From Patescibacteria group bacterium (GTDB lineage Bacteria; Patescibacteriota; Minisyncoccia; Phycocordibacterales; UBA12445), in NCBI GenBank assembly GCA_003504275.1, contig DOAO01000009.1:24405-88404 (forward strand): DNA of 64,000 nt, written 5' to 3'. Below the pieces are notes generated by a model. It saw only the letters and a program-made list of their open reading frames with translations. It was not told the DNA's origin and ran no database searches. Each line of letters starts with the position of its first letter. The stretch's first letter is position 1. This document shows, one piece after another, positions 1-8,768 of the stretch. Both the position numbers and the translations under genes were made by a program.

Positions 1-1068
1 CTTTGGGCGCTTATTGAGCCGTTTGCTGCTTATGGATTCAACAAGGCACATGCTGCAAGTTATGGCCGTGTGGCCTATCAGACTGCATATTTGAAAGCAA
101 ATTTCCCCGCTGAATATATGACGGCTGTTTTGACCGCTGAATCTGATGATATTGAAAAAATGGGTGAAATTATGGCGGAGTGTAAAAGAATGAAAATACC
201 TGTTTTACCGCCGGATGTAAATCAAAGCGAACAAAGTTTTGCTGTAATAAAAGGTCTGCCTACCATATCTGCGTATGCAGGGCAGACAGGAAGCAATGAT
301 GACAACACGGGTCTGCCTACCGAGGCAGGAGATAGAATCAGGTTTGGATTAAATGCTATCAAAAATCTTGGAACAGAAATCGCTCAATTTATAATTGATG
401 AAAGAAATAAAAAAGGAGAATTTAAAACATTTGGAGACTTCTTGTCGCGAGTTAAACATCGAAATTTAAATAAGAAATCTTTAGATGCTTTAATAAAAGG
501 TGGCGCAATGGATACATTTGGAGAAAGAGGAATGCTTCTTCGGAATATGGATAATGCGCTTTCTTTTAACAAAGAATTATCACGTGACAATGGCGATCAG
601 GCGTCTCTTTTTGGATTATTGCCGGTAAATACAACTGCCCCTGAATTTAAATTAAGGGACTTTCCTCCCGCAACCTTAAAGGAGCGTTTAGATTGGGAAA
701 AAGAATTACTTGGTCTCTATCTTTCCGGTCACCCCTTGCAAAATTTTGAGGAAAAATTTAAGAAAAAAGAAAACACGATTGCATATTTAAAAACTCAGAG
801 TAACGGTAAGCCCGTTGTCGCCGGAGGAATAATAAATGAAGTAAAACTAATAACTACTAAAAAAGCTGAACAAATGGCGTTCGTTAAGATAAGCGACCTT
901 AATGATTCTATTGAAATTGTTGTATTTCCAAAGACACTAGCTCAGTTTAAAGAACTTCTTGTTCCAGATAAAATCGTCGCTATTAAGGGTTCGATGTCTT
1001 TTAGAAATGATACTCCGAGCATTATTGCTGATGCTATAAAAGAATTGGTTCCTGAAATAAAAAAATAA
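1..1068 (+). CDS. dnaE: DNA polymerase III alpha subunit (DnaE), C-terminal part; 5' end lies outside the window
   Basis: ORF open to the window start. The C-terminal beta-clamp-binding/OB-fold region of PolIII alpha is recognisable (YQTAYLKANFPAEYMTAVLT...). Confidence 0.85.
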   Translation, partial: LWALIEPFAAYGFNKAHAASYGRVAYQTAYLKANFPAEYMTAVLTAESDDIEKMGEIMAECKRMKIPVLPPDVNQSEQSFAVIKGLPTISAYAGQTGSNDDNTGLPTEAGDRIRFGLNAIKNLGTEIAQFIIDERNKKGEFKTFGDFLSRVKHRNLNKKSLDALIKGGAMDTFGERGMLLRNMDNALSFNKELSRDNGDQASLFGLLPVNTTAPEFKLRDFPPATLKERLDWEKELLGLYLSGHPLQNFEEKFKKKENTIAYLKTQSNGKPVVAGGIINEVKLITTKKAEQMAFVKISDLNDSIEIVVFPKTLAQFKELLVPDKIVAIKGSMSFRNDTPSIIADAIKELVPEIKK

Positions 1069-1092
1069 AAACCTTCCATGCGGAAGGTTTTT
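1066..1092. terminator. Bidirectional rho-independent terminator between convergent dnaE and mgtC-like genes
   Basis: Hairpin ccttccatgcggaagg flanked by an A-tract and a T-tract. Confidence 0.6.
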
Positions 1093-1106
1093 AAAGAAAC
1101 ATATTT

Positions 1107-1619
1107 TTATTCGCCCTTACATTTTACCTCTCCTTTGTGGTCAATTGTACATTCATCGTTTGTACCAACAAAATGTTTTATTTGGTCTTCTATTCTCCAT
1201 AATACTTTAAATATAAATAGGGTTAGTATTGTTGCGAATATTGCGATTGTATAAAGCTTGTACCCAACAGCCATTCCTATTCCAGCCATGACCCAAAGAC
1301 CTGCGGCGGTGGTGAGCCCCTTTACTGTGTTACCGTGAACGAATATAAGTCCTCCACCGATAAAACCTATACCAACGACGATTTGTGCGGGAAGAAGGAG
1401 AGGATTTATTGCCGAAAAGGAAGCGTATTTAAGGAAAATTATTTCTGAGATAATTACAAAAAGAGCTGCACCCGTGCTTATAAGTGCATAGGTCCTCATT
1501 CCCGCGGTTTTGTGGGCTATAGTCCTTTCAATTCCCAAAATGGTTCCAAGCAACATTGCCACAAGGAGCTGAATTAAAATTGAGATAGATTGGGGATCTA
1601 GAAAATTTAAATTTTGCAT
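1107..1619 (-). CDS. MgtC/SapB family membrane protein
   Basis: The N-terminal LLGxxLGxER...AGxRTxxLxxxGxALF signature of the MgtC family; multi-TM. Confidence 0.75.
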   Translation of the reverse strand: MQNLNFLDPQSISILIQLLVAMLLGTILGIERTIAHKTAGMRTYALISTGAALFVIISEIIFLKYASFSAINPLLLPAQIVVGIGFIGGGLIFVHGNTVKGLTTAAGLWVMAGIGMAVGYKLYTIAIFATILTLFIFKVLWRIEDQIKHFVGTNDECTIDHKGEVKCKGE

Positions 1620-1757
1620 TTTATTTTTTATTCACCCGCCCAAATTTTTACTATAATTTGAATGGTGTTTGCTTGTTAATTTTTTATAAACTATTTTAAT
1701 TTAAAATATTTTTCAAAATTTTGGAGAATAAATTATTTAAATAATTATATCACAACA

Positions 1758-2657
1758 TCAAACAATTTGTTTGAAATCATTTGTTTTAAATCTCACAAAA
1801 AAAGTGGTTCCTCTATTCTTGCCATCGGATTCTGCCCAAATATTACCTCCATGTTTTTCTATTATTTTCTTTGAAACATACAAACTAAGCCCCATACCTT
1901 CTGTGTCGGATAGTTTGGCTTCCTTGCTTCTGTAAAAATTAGAAAAAACAAGGGGTATTTCCTTATGTCCTATTCCAATTCCCGTATCTTCAATCTTAAG
2001 AGTAAAAGCATCTTCTCCTTCTTCATTTGATATTTTTATTTCCCCTCCCTTTGGTGTATATGTTATAGCGTTATTTAGGATAGTTTTAAACACGAATTCA
2101 ATTCTTTTTGTATCGGCATAAACAAAAGGCATTTTTGATGGTAAATCCATTAAAATTTTTAAGCCTTTTTCTTCTGCCTTTTTTTTGATGCTTTCTTTTA
2201 AGGAATTTTCAATTATTTGTCTTAGGTTGGTTGTTTCAAAATGATAGAAAATACTATCCTCTACTTCCGTTGAACCTACCAATACATCTATAATTTCACG
2301 AAGTTTTTCTAGAGAATTTCTTATTTTTTTTACCTCCTCTCTTCTTTGCATTATGTCTATCGCTGTTTCTAGGGAATCGGCAGACCATTCGATTACAGAA
2401 ATAGGTGTTCTGAATTTATGAGTAGCAATCTCAACAAACTGGTCTTTTGTGCGGTTATTTTTTTTAGTTTGGACAAAGAAGAACCAGCCGACAGATATTG
2501 CTAATGTAAGTGCGAGTAATGGAATAAGCCACTCTTCTACAAGAGGTACAGGAAGACCCATTGTTAAGTCATTTCTATAATAAATAACCACTTCAACTAA
2601 AAGGATGAGCGTGGATAGTGAAATTGCTTTTTTAAATAATTCTTTTGTTCCGTCCAT
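1758..2657 (-). CDS. Sensor histidine kinase (two N-terminal TM helices, HisKA and HATPase_c domains)
   Basis: HKFRTP H-box, then N/G1/G2 boxes (IKISNEEGEDAFTLKIEDTGIGIG...GMGLSLYVSKKIIEKHGG). Start moved to the ATG at 2657 because the longer ORF runs into the tRNA region. Confidence 0.8.
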   Translation of the reverse strand: MDGTKELFKKAISLSTLILLVEVVIYYRNDLTMGLPVPLVEEWLIPLLALTLAISVGWFFFVQTKKNNRTKDQFVEIATHKFRTPISVIEWSADSLETAIDIMQRREEVKKIRNSLEKLREIIDVLVGSTEVEDSIFYHFETTNLRQIIENSLKESIKKKAEEKGLKILMDLPSKMPFVYADTKRIEFVFKTILNNAITYTPKGGEIKISNEEGEDAFTLKIEDTGIGIGHKEIPLVFSNFYRSKEAKLSDTEGMGLSLYVSKKIIEKHGGNIWAESDGKNRGTTFFVRFKTNDFKQIV

Positions 2658-2749
2658 TTTATCTTGTAAATTAGTTTTTTGAGATGTAATATTATCCAAG
2701 TATAACAATATATATATAGTGGCACAAATGCCTTTCGGAATGTGGTGTT

Positions 2750-2781
2750 CGCCCGTACCGAACGGAATACGTTCGGGCGGG
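2750..2781. repeat. GC-rich palindromic mini-insertion, copy 1 (cgcccgtaccgaacgg-aatac-gttcgggcggg), inserted between D-loop positions 13 and 14 of the pseudo-tRNA-Pro
   Basis: Outer stem cgcccg/cgggcg and inner stem ccgaacg/cgttcgg, both perfect. About 70% GC in an AT-rich genome. Same family as the elements at 14613-14646 and 14815-14847. Confidence 0.7.
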
Positions 2782-2789
2782 AACGGTAA

Positions 2790-2820
2790 TCCCAGTAGTA
2801 GAGCAAGGCTCACTACGGGA
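2790..2820. repeat. Second hairpin insertion in the pseudo-tRNA-Pro (tcccagtagtagagcaaggctcactacggga)
   Basis: Stem tccc.gtag/ctac.ggga with a one-base bulge; absent from the genuine tRNA-Pro. Confidence 0.4.
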
Positions 2821-2853
2821 CAGGCATATACGATTCGCCCTCCTAAATTTTAT

Positions 2854-2925
2854 CGGAACATGGTGTAACGGTAACATACACGATTCGGGTTCGTGTGACT
2901 CTGGGTTCAAATCCCAGTGTTCCGA
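2854..2925 (+). tRNA. tRNA-Pro (anticodon CGG)
   Basis: Hand-folded cloverleaf: acceptor CGGAACA/TGTTCCG with C1:G72; D-stem GTGT/ACAT with conserved GG; anticodon stem CACGA/TCGTG, loop TTCGGGT; T-arm CTGGG-TTCAAAT-CCCAG; discriminator A. CCA not encoded. Confidence 0.85.
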
Positions 2926-3101
2926 TAAGTCACAGCAAACAAATATTTTTTGTTTGCGTTGGGATTTGAAAGCCACAGCGATGTGTGAGTTTGTGCGGAG
3001 CACAAGGCGAACACCGCAAGGCGGGGTCGAGAAAAATTTTCGTCAGAAAATTTGTTCGTGACCAAATCCAGGCATTCCAATTAATAACATTAATAAAATT
3101 T

Positions 3102-4847
3102 ATGGAAAAAGAAAATAAATTGCACAATATAAGACATTCTCTGGCACACATTCTTGCCATGGCTGTGTTAAAAAAAGACCCCGAGGCGAAACTCGGTATC
3201 GGTCCTGTTATAGATAACGGATTTTATTATGATTTTCTTCTCTCAAAACCGCTAAAAGACGAGGATTTGAAAGATGTTGAGAAAACAATGAAGAAAATTA
3301 TTTCTCAAAATATAGAATTTTCTTCTAAGGAAATATCCGCAAAAGATGCGGAGGAAATGTTCGCGAACCAACCTTTCAAACTCGAACTCATAAAAGAGCT
3401 TTCTGAGGAGGATGCAAAACTCAGTGTTTACACATCCGGAGAATTTTCGGATTTATGCAAAGGACCACACGTCAAAATCTCAAAAGAAATAAACACTGAC
3501 GCTTTTAAATTAAAGAGCATCGCCGGAGCATATTGGAGAGGAAGCGAAGATAATCAGATGCTCACAAGAATTTACGGATTATCTTTTGAGACAAAAGACG
3601 AATTGACTGAATATTTAAATATGCTTATTGAAGCAGAAAAGAGAGATCACAGAAAGATTGGAAAAGAACTGGAGTTGTTTACCTTCGATGACGATGTTGG
3701 ACCAGGACTCCCTCTTTGGATGCCAAACGGAACAGTAATAGTTGATGAGCTAGAGAAACTTGCAAAAGAAACGGAAACTAAGGCTGGATATGTGAGGGTT
3801 CGAACTCCCCATATTGCAAAAGAATCAATGTATCTAACGAGCGGACACCTTCCTTATTACAAAGACAGCATGTTCCCCCCAATGGAATATGAGGGTGGAA
3901 AATATTACTTAAGAGCGATGAATTGTCCCCATCACCATAAAATATTCGGCGCAAGAGGCAGAAGTTACAGAGAACTACCCCTTAGACTAGCTGAATATGG
4001 TACTGTTTATAGACACGAAAAATCAGGTGAGCTTTTTGGATTAATGAGAGTGCGAGTCTTAGAGATGAATGATGCGCACATTTACTGCACGAAGGAACAA
4101 TTCGAATCCGAATTTAAAGCAGTCAATGATATGTATCTAAAATATTTTGATCTTTTTGGTATCAAAAAATATGTAATGAGGTTTTCAACACATGATCCAA
4201 AGAGACTCGGAGATAAATATGTAAATGAACCTGCATTATGGAAAGAGACCGAGGATATGGTAAGAAAAGTATTAGTTGACGCAAAAATTCCTTTTATTGA
4301 AATACCAAACGAAGCCGCTTTCTACGGACCAAAAATTGACGTTCAAGTATGGAGCGCGATTGGAAGAGAATTTACTCTTGCTACTAATCAGGTTGACTTC
4401 GCTGTTCCAAAAAGATTTGGGCTAACCTACAAAGACGAGAACAATGAGGAAGTCACGCCTCTCTGTATTCACAGAGCTCCGCTCGGAACACACGAGAGAT
4501 TTATCGGGTTCCTTATTGAGCACTATGCCGGACTTTTCCCAACATGGCTTTCTCCTATACAATTATCAATTCTTCCTATCAGTGAGAAACAGGTTAGATA
4601 TGCAGAAGTAGTAAGAGATGCTTTCCTCGAAGCAGGTGTTCGAGTAGAACTAGATGGAGATAACGAAAGTCTCGGTAAAAAAATAAGAGAGAGCAAGAAA
4701 AAGAAAATTCCATATATGATAATTATCGGGGAAAAAGAGGCATCTAGCGGTATGATTACTGTAGAATCAAGAAACGGAAGCCTTGGAGAAAAGAAAATTG
4801 AGGACTTTGTCGCTGAAATAACCCAAGAAATAAAGGATAGAAAATAA
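3102..4847 (+). CDS. thrS: Threonine--tRNA ligase, short form beginning at the editing/second-additional domain (no N-terminal TGS domain)
   Basis: HSLAHIL zinc motif, class II catalytic motifs (FRAE-like, GGG) and a C-terminal anticodon-binding domain. The in-frame ATG at 3102 sits in AT-rich context; the upstream extension is GC-rich leader sequence and unlikely to be coding. Confidence 0.85.
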   Translation: MEKENKLHNIRHSLAHILAMAVLKKDPEAKLGIGPVIDNGFYYDFLLSKPLKDEDLKDVEKTMKKIISQNIEFSSKEISAKDAEEMFANQPFKLELIKELSEEDAKLSVYTSGEFSDLCKGPHVKISKEINTDAFKLKSIAGAYWRGSEDNQMLTRIYGLSFETKDELTEYLNMLIEAEKRDHRKIGKELELFTFDDDVGPGLPLWMPNGTVIVDELEKLAKETETKAGYVRVRTPHIAKESMYLTSGHLPYYKDSMFPPMEYEGGKYYLRAMNCPHHHKIFGARGRSYRELPLRLAEYGTVYRHEKSGELFGLMRVRVLEMNDAHIYCTKEQFESEFKAVNDMYLKYFDLFGIKKYVMRFSTHDPKRLGDKYVNEPALWKETEDMVRKVLVDAKIPFIEIPNEAAFYGPKIDVQVWSAIGREFTLATNQVDFAVPKRFGLTYKDENNEEVTPLCIHRAPLGTHERFIGFLIEHYAGLFPTWLSPIQLSILPISEKQVRYAEVVRDAFLEAGVRVELDGDNESLGKKIRESKKKKIPYMIIIGEKEASSGMITVESRNGSLGEKKIEDFVAEITQEIKDRK

Positions 4848-4930
4848 TTTTATCTAATTCACAGCTTATTAACAGGTTTGGGCACTTTTTCAAGCTTCTT
4901 ACCCGTTTCTTCATGTGCTAAATTATATCT

Positions 4931-6328
4931 ATGGCACAAGGAATGACTCCAATAAAAACAACTCTTCGTACTCCCCCGCACGACACTGATGCAGAGAAGG
5001 CATTTTTGGGTTCAATACTTTTGCGTTCCCAGAGTATTCCTGATATTGCGGACATGATAGATCCTGATTCTTTTTACTCTGGTAAAAATTCGATTGTTTA
5101 TAAAACAATATTTGATCTATATACAAAAGGTGAGCCGATAGATTTAGTTTCTCTTTCATCCAGATTAAAGGAAAAGAATTATTTAGAACAAGCTGGTGGC
5201 TCAAGTTATTTGGCAGAGCTTATAAACACAGTTCCCTCTTCTACTAACGTTGAGCACTACGCAAGAATAATCCAGAAAAAACATATACTGAGAAAACTTA
5301 TAGAATCAGGAGACCATGTGTCTGAGCTCGGTTTTAGCGAACATCGAGAAGTTGAAGATGTTCTTGTTGAGGCAGAGAAAAAAATATTGGGAGTTAGCGG
5401 TTCTTTGCTTAAAAATAAATTTATTCCAATAAGTAAGACTCTTACTGAAGCATGGGAGAGATTGGATAGATTAAATAAATCAGACGGAGAAACAAGAGGT
5501 ATTCCAACTGGATTTAAGGGACTAGACGACAAACTTTCCGGCCTCCAAAAATCAGATCTTATTATTCTTGCCGCCAGACCGTCTGTTGGAAAGACTAGCT
5601 TGGCACTAGATCTAGCAAGACAGGCTGCTTGTAAATTTAATGTCCCTGTTGGTATCTTTTCCCTAGAAATGGGATCTCAGCAATTAGCCGATAGAATGGT
5701 CGCAGCAGAATCTGGTGTAGATTCTTGGAAGCTCAGAACAGGCAAAATATCCAGCGATGAAGAATTTGTTGCGATTAGAGAAGCTATGGATAGATTAAAT
5801 AGAGCACCTATTCATATCGACGACGAGGCAAGTAACAATATTCTCAGAATGAGATCTGTTGCCAGAAAGCTGAAAAGAGACTCTGGGCTCGGACTTATAA
5901 TTGTTGATTATTTACAGCTTATGGTTCCCCAGAGGCATTCCGATTCTCTCGTTCAACAGGTTACGGAAATATCAAGATCGTTAAAAATATTAGCCAGAGA
6001 ACTAGACGTACCGGTACTCGCACTTTCTCAGCTAAACAGACAGGTAGAACAAAGAGGAGGTCCGCCAAGACTTTCTGACCTCAGAGACTCCGGTTCTATT
6101 GAGCAAGACGCTGACGTTGTTTTGTTTATTCACAGAGAGGACAAGAACGACAAGAATGCTCCGCCAAATATTGCAAAAATAATCATTGCAAAGCACAGAA
6201 ACGGTCCAACCGGAGAGACCGAGTTATTCTTCGACCAAGAGAGAGTCAGCTTCATGAATATTGATAAAACCGGAGATTCTGGGGGCGGAGGTGCTTCATC
6301 TGCTAATGCCGGATTTGGAGACTTTTAA
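4931..6328 (+). CDS. dnaB: Replicative DNA helicase DnaB
   Basis: DnaB N-terminal domain, Walker A ARPSVGKTSLAL, RecA-like fold, C-terminal Gly-rich tail. Confidence 0.9.
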   Translation: MAQGMTPIKTTLRTPPHDTDAEKAFLGSILLRSQSIPDIADMIDPDSFYSGKNSIVYKTIFDLYTKGEPIDLVSLSSRLKEKNYLEQAGGSSYLAELINTVPSSTNVEHYARIIQKKHILRKLIESGDHVSELGFSEHREVEDVLVEAEKKILGVSGSLLKNKFIPISKTLTEAWERLDRLNKSDGETRGIPTGFKGLDDKLSGLQKSDLIILAARPSVGKTSLALDLARQAACKFNVPVGIFSLEMGSQQLADRMVAAESGVDSWKLRTGKISSDEEFVAIREAMDRLNRAPIHIDDEASNNILRMRSVARKLKRDSGLGLIIVDYLQLMVPQRHSDSLVQQVTEISRSLKILARELDVPVLALSQLNRQVEQRGGPPRLSDLRDSGSIEQDADVVLFIHREDKNDKNAPPNIAKIIIAKHRNGPTGETELFFDQERVSFMNIDKTGDSGGGGASSANAGFGDF

Positions 6329-6369
6329 AGCGAAACTTGAAGTAATCCAGATTTATTTTTTTATTTTTT

Positions 6370-6978
6370 ATGGACCCTATCACACAGCTAACCGAAATAT
6401 TTTCCCACTTCCCGGGTATTGGCCCAAGACAGGCCAAGCGATTTGTTTTTTATTTGCTTGGACAAAACGATTCTGCTAACAAAAAAATTGCCGACCTTAT
6501 TGTTGAGTTAAAAAAAGACATAAATTCATGCACGAGATGTATGCGATTTTTTAGCGATGGTCAAAAAAGCTCCTTGTGCAACATATGCAGTGACGAAAGT
6601 CGTGACAAGACGAAACTACTCATTATCGCTAAAGACGTCGATTTGGACAATATAGAGCGGTCTAGAAGCTATGAAGGTCTTTATTTTGTACTTGGCGGAC
6701 TTGTTCCGATACTTGATAAGAATCCGGAAGAAAGAATTAGACAATTTGAACTAAAAAGAGAAGTTGAGAGAAACACAGACCTCAAAGAAATAATAATTGC
6801 GCTCTCCGCAACGGTTGAGGGAGACCACACGGCAGAATATATTCGTGAATCTTTTAAGACAATAACAGAACCGAGAGGAATAAAGGTGTCTGTATTAGGT
6901 AGAGGCCTGTCCACTGGTACAGAACTTGAATATTCTGATATAGATACAATAAAGAACGCCCTTAAGCATCGAGAATAA
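6370..6978 (+). CDS. recR: Recombination protein RecR
   Basis: HhH motif (FPGIGPRQAKR), C4 zinc finger (CTRC...CNIC), Toprim domain. Confidence 0.9.
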   Translation: MDPITQLTEIFSHFPGIGPRQAKRFVFYLLGQNDSANKKIADLIVELKKDINSCTRCMRFFSDGQKSSLCNICSDESRDKTKLLIIAKDVDLDNIERSRSYEGLYFVLGGLVPILDKNPEERIRQFELKREVERNTDLKEIIIALSATVEGDHTAEYIRESFKTITEPRGIKVSVLGRGLSTGTELEYSDIDTIKNALKHRE

Positions 6979-7027
6979 TTATTGGTTGGTAGTTTTTATA
7001 GTTTTGCCACTCCTTTTCTCCTCTTTG

Positions 7028-7128
7028 TGTCATTCCGACTTTATGGAGGTCGACGGAGATTAACGTCGACATCTGTAGACGAGAATCGCTTATAGTTTAA
7101 GAGATCTCTCGACAAGCTCGAGATGACA
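7028..7128 (+). repeat. ~100-bp element with terminal inverted repeats, copy A (TIR tgtcatYYcgaS ... StcgRRatgaca)
   Basis: About 80% identical to the reverse complement of 9177-9275. The internal hairpin gtcgac-N10-gtcgac shows compensatory changes in the other copy (gtcgcc-N9-ggcgac). Confidence 0.65.
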
Positions 7129-7143
7129 AAAAATTACAAAAGT

Positions 7144-7174
7144 AAAACCGCCTATTTCTAGGCGGCGTTTTTTG
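7144..7174. terminator. Bidirectional rho-independent terminator (ccgcctatttctaggcgg), copy 1
   Basis: A-tract, 18-nt hairpin, T6. A second hairpin of identical sequence lies at 7573-7590. Confidence 0.7.
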
Positions 7175-7182
7175 GGAAATTT

Positions 7183-7434
7183 TTATACTTCCCGCTTCTC
7201 TTCCTCTTTTATCTGTTTGTGTCTTTTGTAATATTCCGCGATTATTTCCGCGTTAGAGAAATCTTCGAGCGCACTTTCTTTATACTCGAAAGGTTTTTCG
7301 GTGGCCATTTCGTAAAGAGTCTTTACTATAAAGACACAGAGGCAAATACTAACAATAATAACTAACCCGACACCAGTCCGGAACAATAGATCGAACATAT
7401 GTGCTAATTCGGGCGACATTGGTGTTCCATACAT
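7183..7434 (-). CDS. Small single-TM protein, paralog of 8249..8518
   Basis: One TM helix, then the conserved C-terminal motif EDFSNAEIIAEYYKRHKQ (EDFSNAEII...AEYYKRHKQ in its paralog). Confidence 0.5.
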   Translation of the reverse strand: MYGTPMSPELAHMFDLLFRTGVGLVIIVSICLCVFIVKTLYEMATEKPFEYKESALEDFSNAEIIAEYYKRHKQIKEEEKREV

Positions 7435-7560
7435 AACAACCCCTCCCCTTTTTTATTATTTTTTATCCAATTATCAAATTACTTTTGCCGATGTAAGTAA
7501 ATCATATTTTGTGTTATCTGTCAACCTTTTCCTTTTTTTAGGCGTTTGAATACAGAGAAC

Positions 7561-7593
7561 AAAAAAGAAAAACCGCCTATTTCTAGGCGGCGT
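7561..7593. terminator. Rho-independent terminator (ccgcctatttctaggcgg), copy 2; the T-tract is on the minus strand, downstream of the 8518-7619 operon
   Basis: Hairpin identical to 7148-7165; AAAAAAGAAAAA on the plus strand gives a T-run on the minus strand. Confidence 0.65.
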
Positions 7594-7618
7594 TTGTGTA
7601 GGAATTTATTGTTATTTA

Positions 7619-7936
7619 CTAAATTCTTATTATTCCATTTTGATAAAGCCAATATATAAGGTATATATTATGTTTTAACAATGCTTCATAAAGTGAAATT
7701 TTTTTGCAATTATGGTTTTTAGGGAAACCAATATCGCTTAAATATAAAAATTTTTCATCTGTATATACTTCTGCCGGAGATTTTCTGAATAATTTGAGCA
7801 ACTCTTTTGTGCCACTTTGATCTAACGGTTTTTTAATCTCGACACTGCTTGAATTAAGGATAAAACTTATCTTTTCAGCGTTACTCTCTTTTGCTAACTC
7901 TTTTAAAACTAAACTGATTTTTTCTTTTTTGGTCAC
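7619..7936 (-). CDS. Hypothetical protein
   Basis: ORF in an apparent operon with 7950..8252 and 8249..8518; no recognisable domain. Confidence 0.45.
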   Translation of the reverse strand: MTKKEKISLVLKELAKESNAEKISFILNSSSVEIKKPLDQSGTKELLKLFRKSPAEVYTDEKFLYLSDIGFPKNHNCKKISLYEALLKHNIYLIYWLYQNGIIRI

Positions 7937-7949
7937 GATTATTCCTCCT

Positions 7950-8252
7950 TTATACGCATATCTTGAAGCGATACTCAGAATCTTTTATGAAAGAAACCGG
8001 TATTCCGGGAATCAGGTGGTCGCAAAGGAAGTTGTTGTCTCTTTTTTCTACTGCGAAGATAAAAGGACGTTCTTTTTTGACCGTGACCAGAAGGATGAAA
8101 TTTCCGCCCCGGCAAGTTCCCAATTTATATCGAAGGGCTACTTCGTGCCCCTTTTCTTCAATCAGTTCGCCGAGAGCCTTAAGTTCTTCCATTTTTTCCA
8201 CTTTTGAAGGATCTTTGGTTATTGTTTTTAAAAAGGGAATGTTTATTTTCAT
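7950..8252 (-). CDS. Hypothetical protein (start overlaps the upstream gene by 4 nt, ATGA)
   Basis: Translational coupling with 8249..8518; no recognisable domain. Confidence 0.5.
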   Translation of the reverse strand: MKINIPFLKTITKDPSKVEKMEELKALGELIEEKGHEVALRYKLGTCRGGNFILLVTVKKERPFIFAVEKRDNNFLCDHLIPGIPVSFIKDSEYRFKICV

Positions 8253-8518
8253 AAGAACCCCTCCTTATCTTTCCTATTTTGCTCTGTATAGTATTCCCTG
8301 CGTTGTCTATGTAACCTTTTGTAGTGCTCAATCATTATTTCCCTGTCGGAGAAGTTTTCTATACTGCGACCTTTTCTTTCGCAGTCGGAAAATTCTTCGA
8401 TTCTTTTTTCACCAGACTCTGGCTTCAATGAATTGATCTGGAGAGATATTATTCCCGCGAACGCGACGACAGTGAATATCGTCCAGATTATAACTAAGGC
8501 AAGATTTGATATTTCCAC
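8249..8518 (-). CDS. Small single-TM protein, paralog of 7183..7434
   Basis: TM helix plus the conserved motif ENFSDREIMIEHYKRLHRQ. Confidence 0.5.
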   Translation of the reverse strand: MEISNLALVIIWTIFTVVAFAGIISLQINSLKPESGEKRIEEFSDCERKGRSIENFSDREIMIEHYKRLHRQRREYYTEQNRKDKEGFL

Positions 8519-8694
8519 AAGAAACCTCCTTAAAAGATATGTTTTTATTTAATTTTCAATATACTTTATTTTCTTTAAAACTAGCATATTTTGTTATCTT
8601 TGTCAAGCGAGTTTAAGTATGAAAAACCCGCTATATCGCGGGTTTTTAATACTTGCCCCGTAGGAAGTTTATCTTTAAACATTAAGTTACTACG

Positions 8695-8730
8695 AAAAAA
8701 GTCGCCAGGCGTATACCGAGCGACTTTTTT
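8695..8730 (-). terminator. Rho-independent terminator downstream of rplU
   Basis: gtcgc-N13-gcgac hairpin with a T-tract on the minus strand. Confidence 0.6.
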
Positions 8731-8768
8731 AAATTTAGAAATAGTTTATTCGAACTTTCCTATCGGGG

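Larger units (their letters stand above)
2735..2837 (+). pseudogene. Degenerate duplicate of the 5' half of tRNA-Pro (acceptor through anticodon), interrupted by two inserted hairpins; breaks at the anticodon
   Basis: TCGGAATGTGGTGTT..AACGGTAA..CAGGCATATACGATTCG parallels the genuine tRNA-Pro TCGGAACATGGTGTAACGGTAACATACACGATTCG and then diverges (CCC vs GGG) exactly inside the anticodon. Confidence 0.55.

Noticed and set aside
384-590. Minus-strand ORF 384..590 inside dnaE, and numerous other 60-110-aa antisense ORFs inside well-supported genes (for example 18885..19139, 20031..20354, 26341..26865, 27821..28291, 41576..42304)
   Set aside because: They are antisense to conserved, domain-bearing genes, lack RBSs, and have low-complexity or hydrophobic AT-rich-frame composition.
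2597-3160. ORF-track ORFs 2597..2806, 2692..3003 and 2930..3160 (minus strand), and the long N-terminal extensions of the histidine kinase (to 2813) and thrS (from 2985)
   Set aside because: They run through the tRNA-Pro gene, its pseudo-duplicate and the GC-rich hairpins. They have no RBS, and the shorter starts (2657 for the kinase, 3102 for thrS) coincide with the first conserved domain residues.
8622-8647. Second hairpin cccgc-tatat-gcggg upstream of the 8518..7619 operon
   Set aside because: It could be a second terminator or part of the promoter region, but the minus-strand T-tract is weak and no gene ends immediately upstream of it. It is left uncalled.
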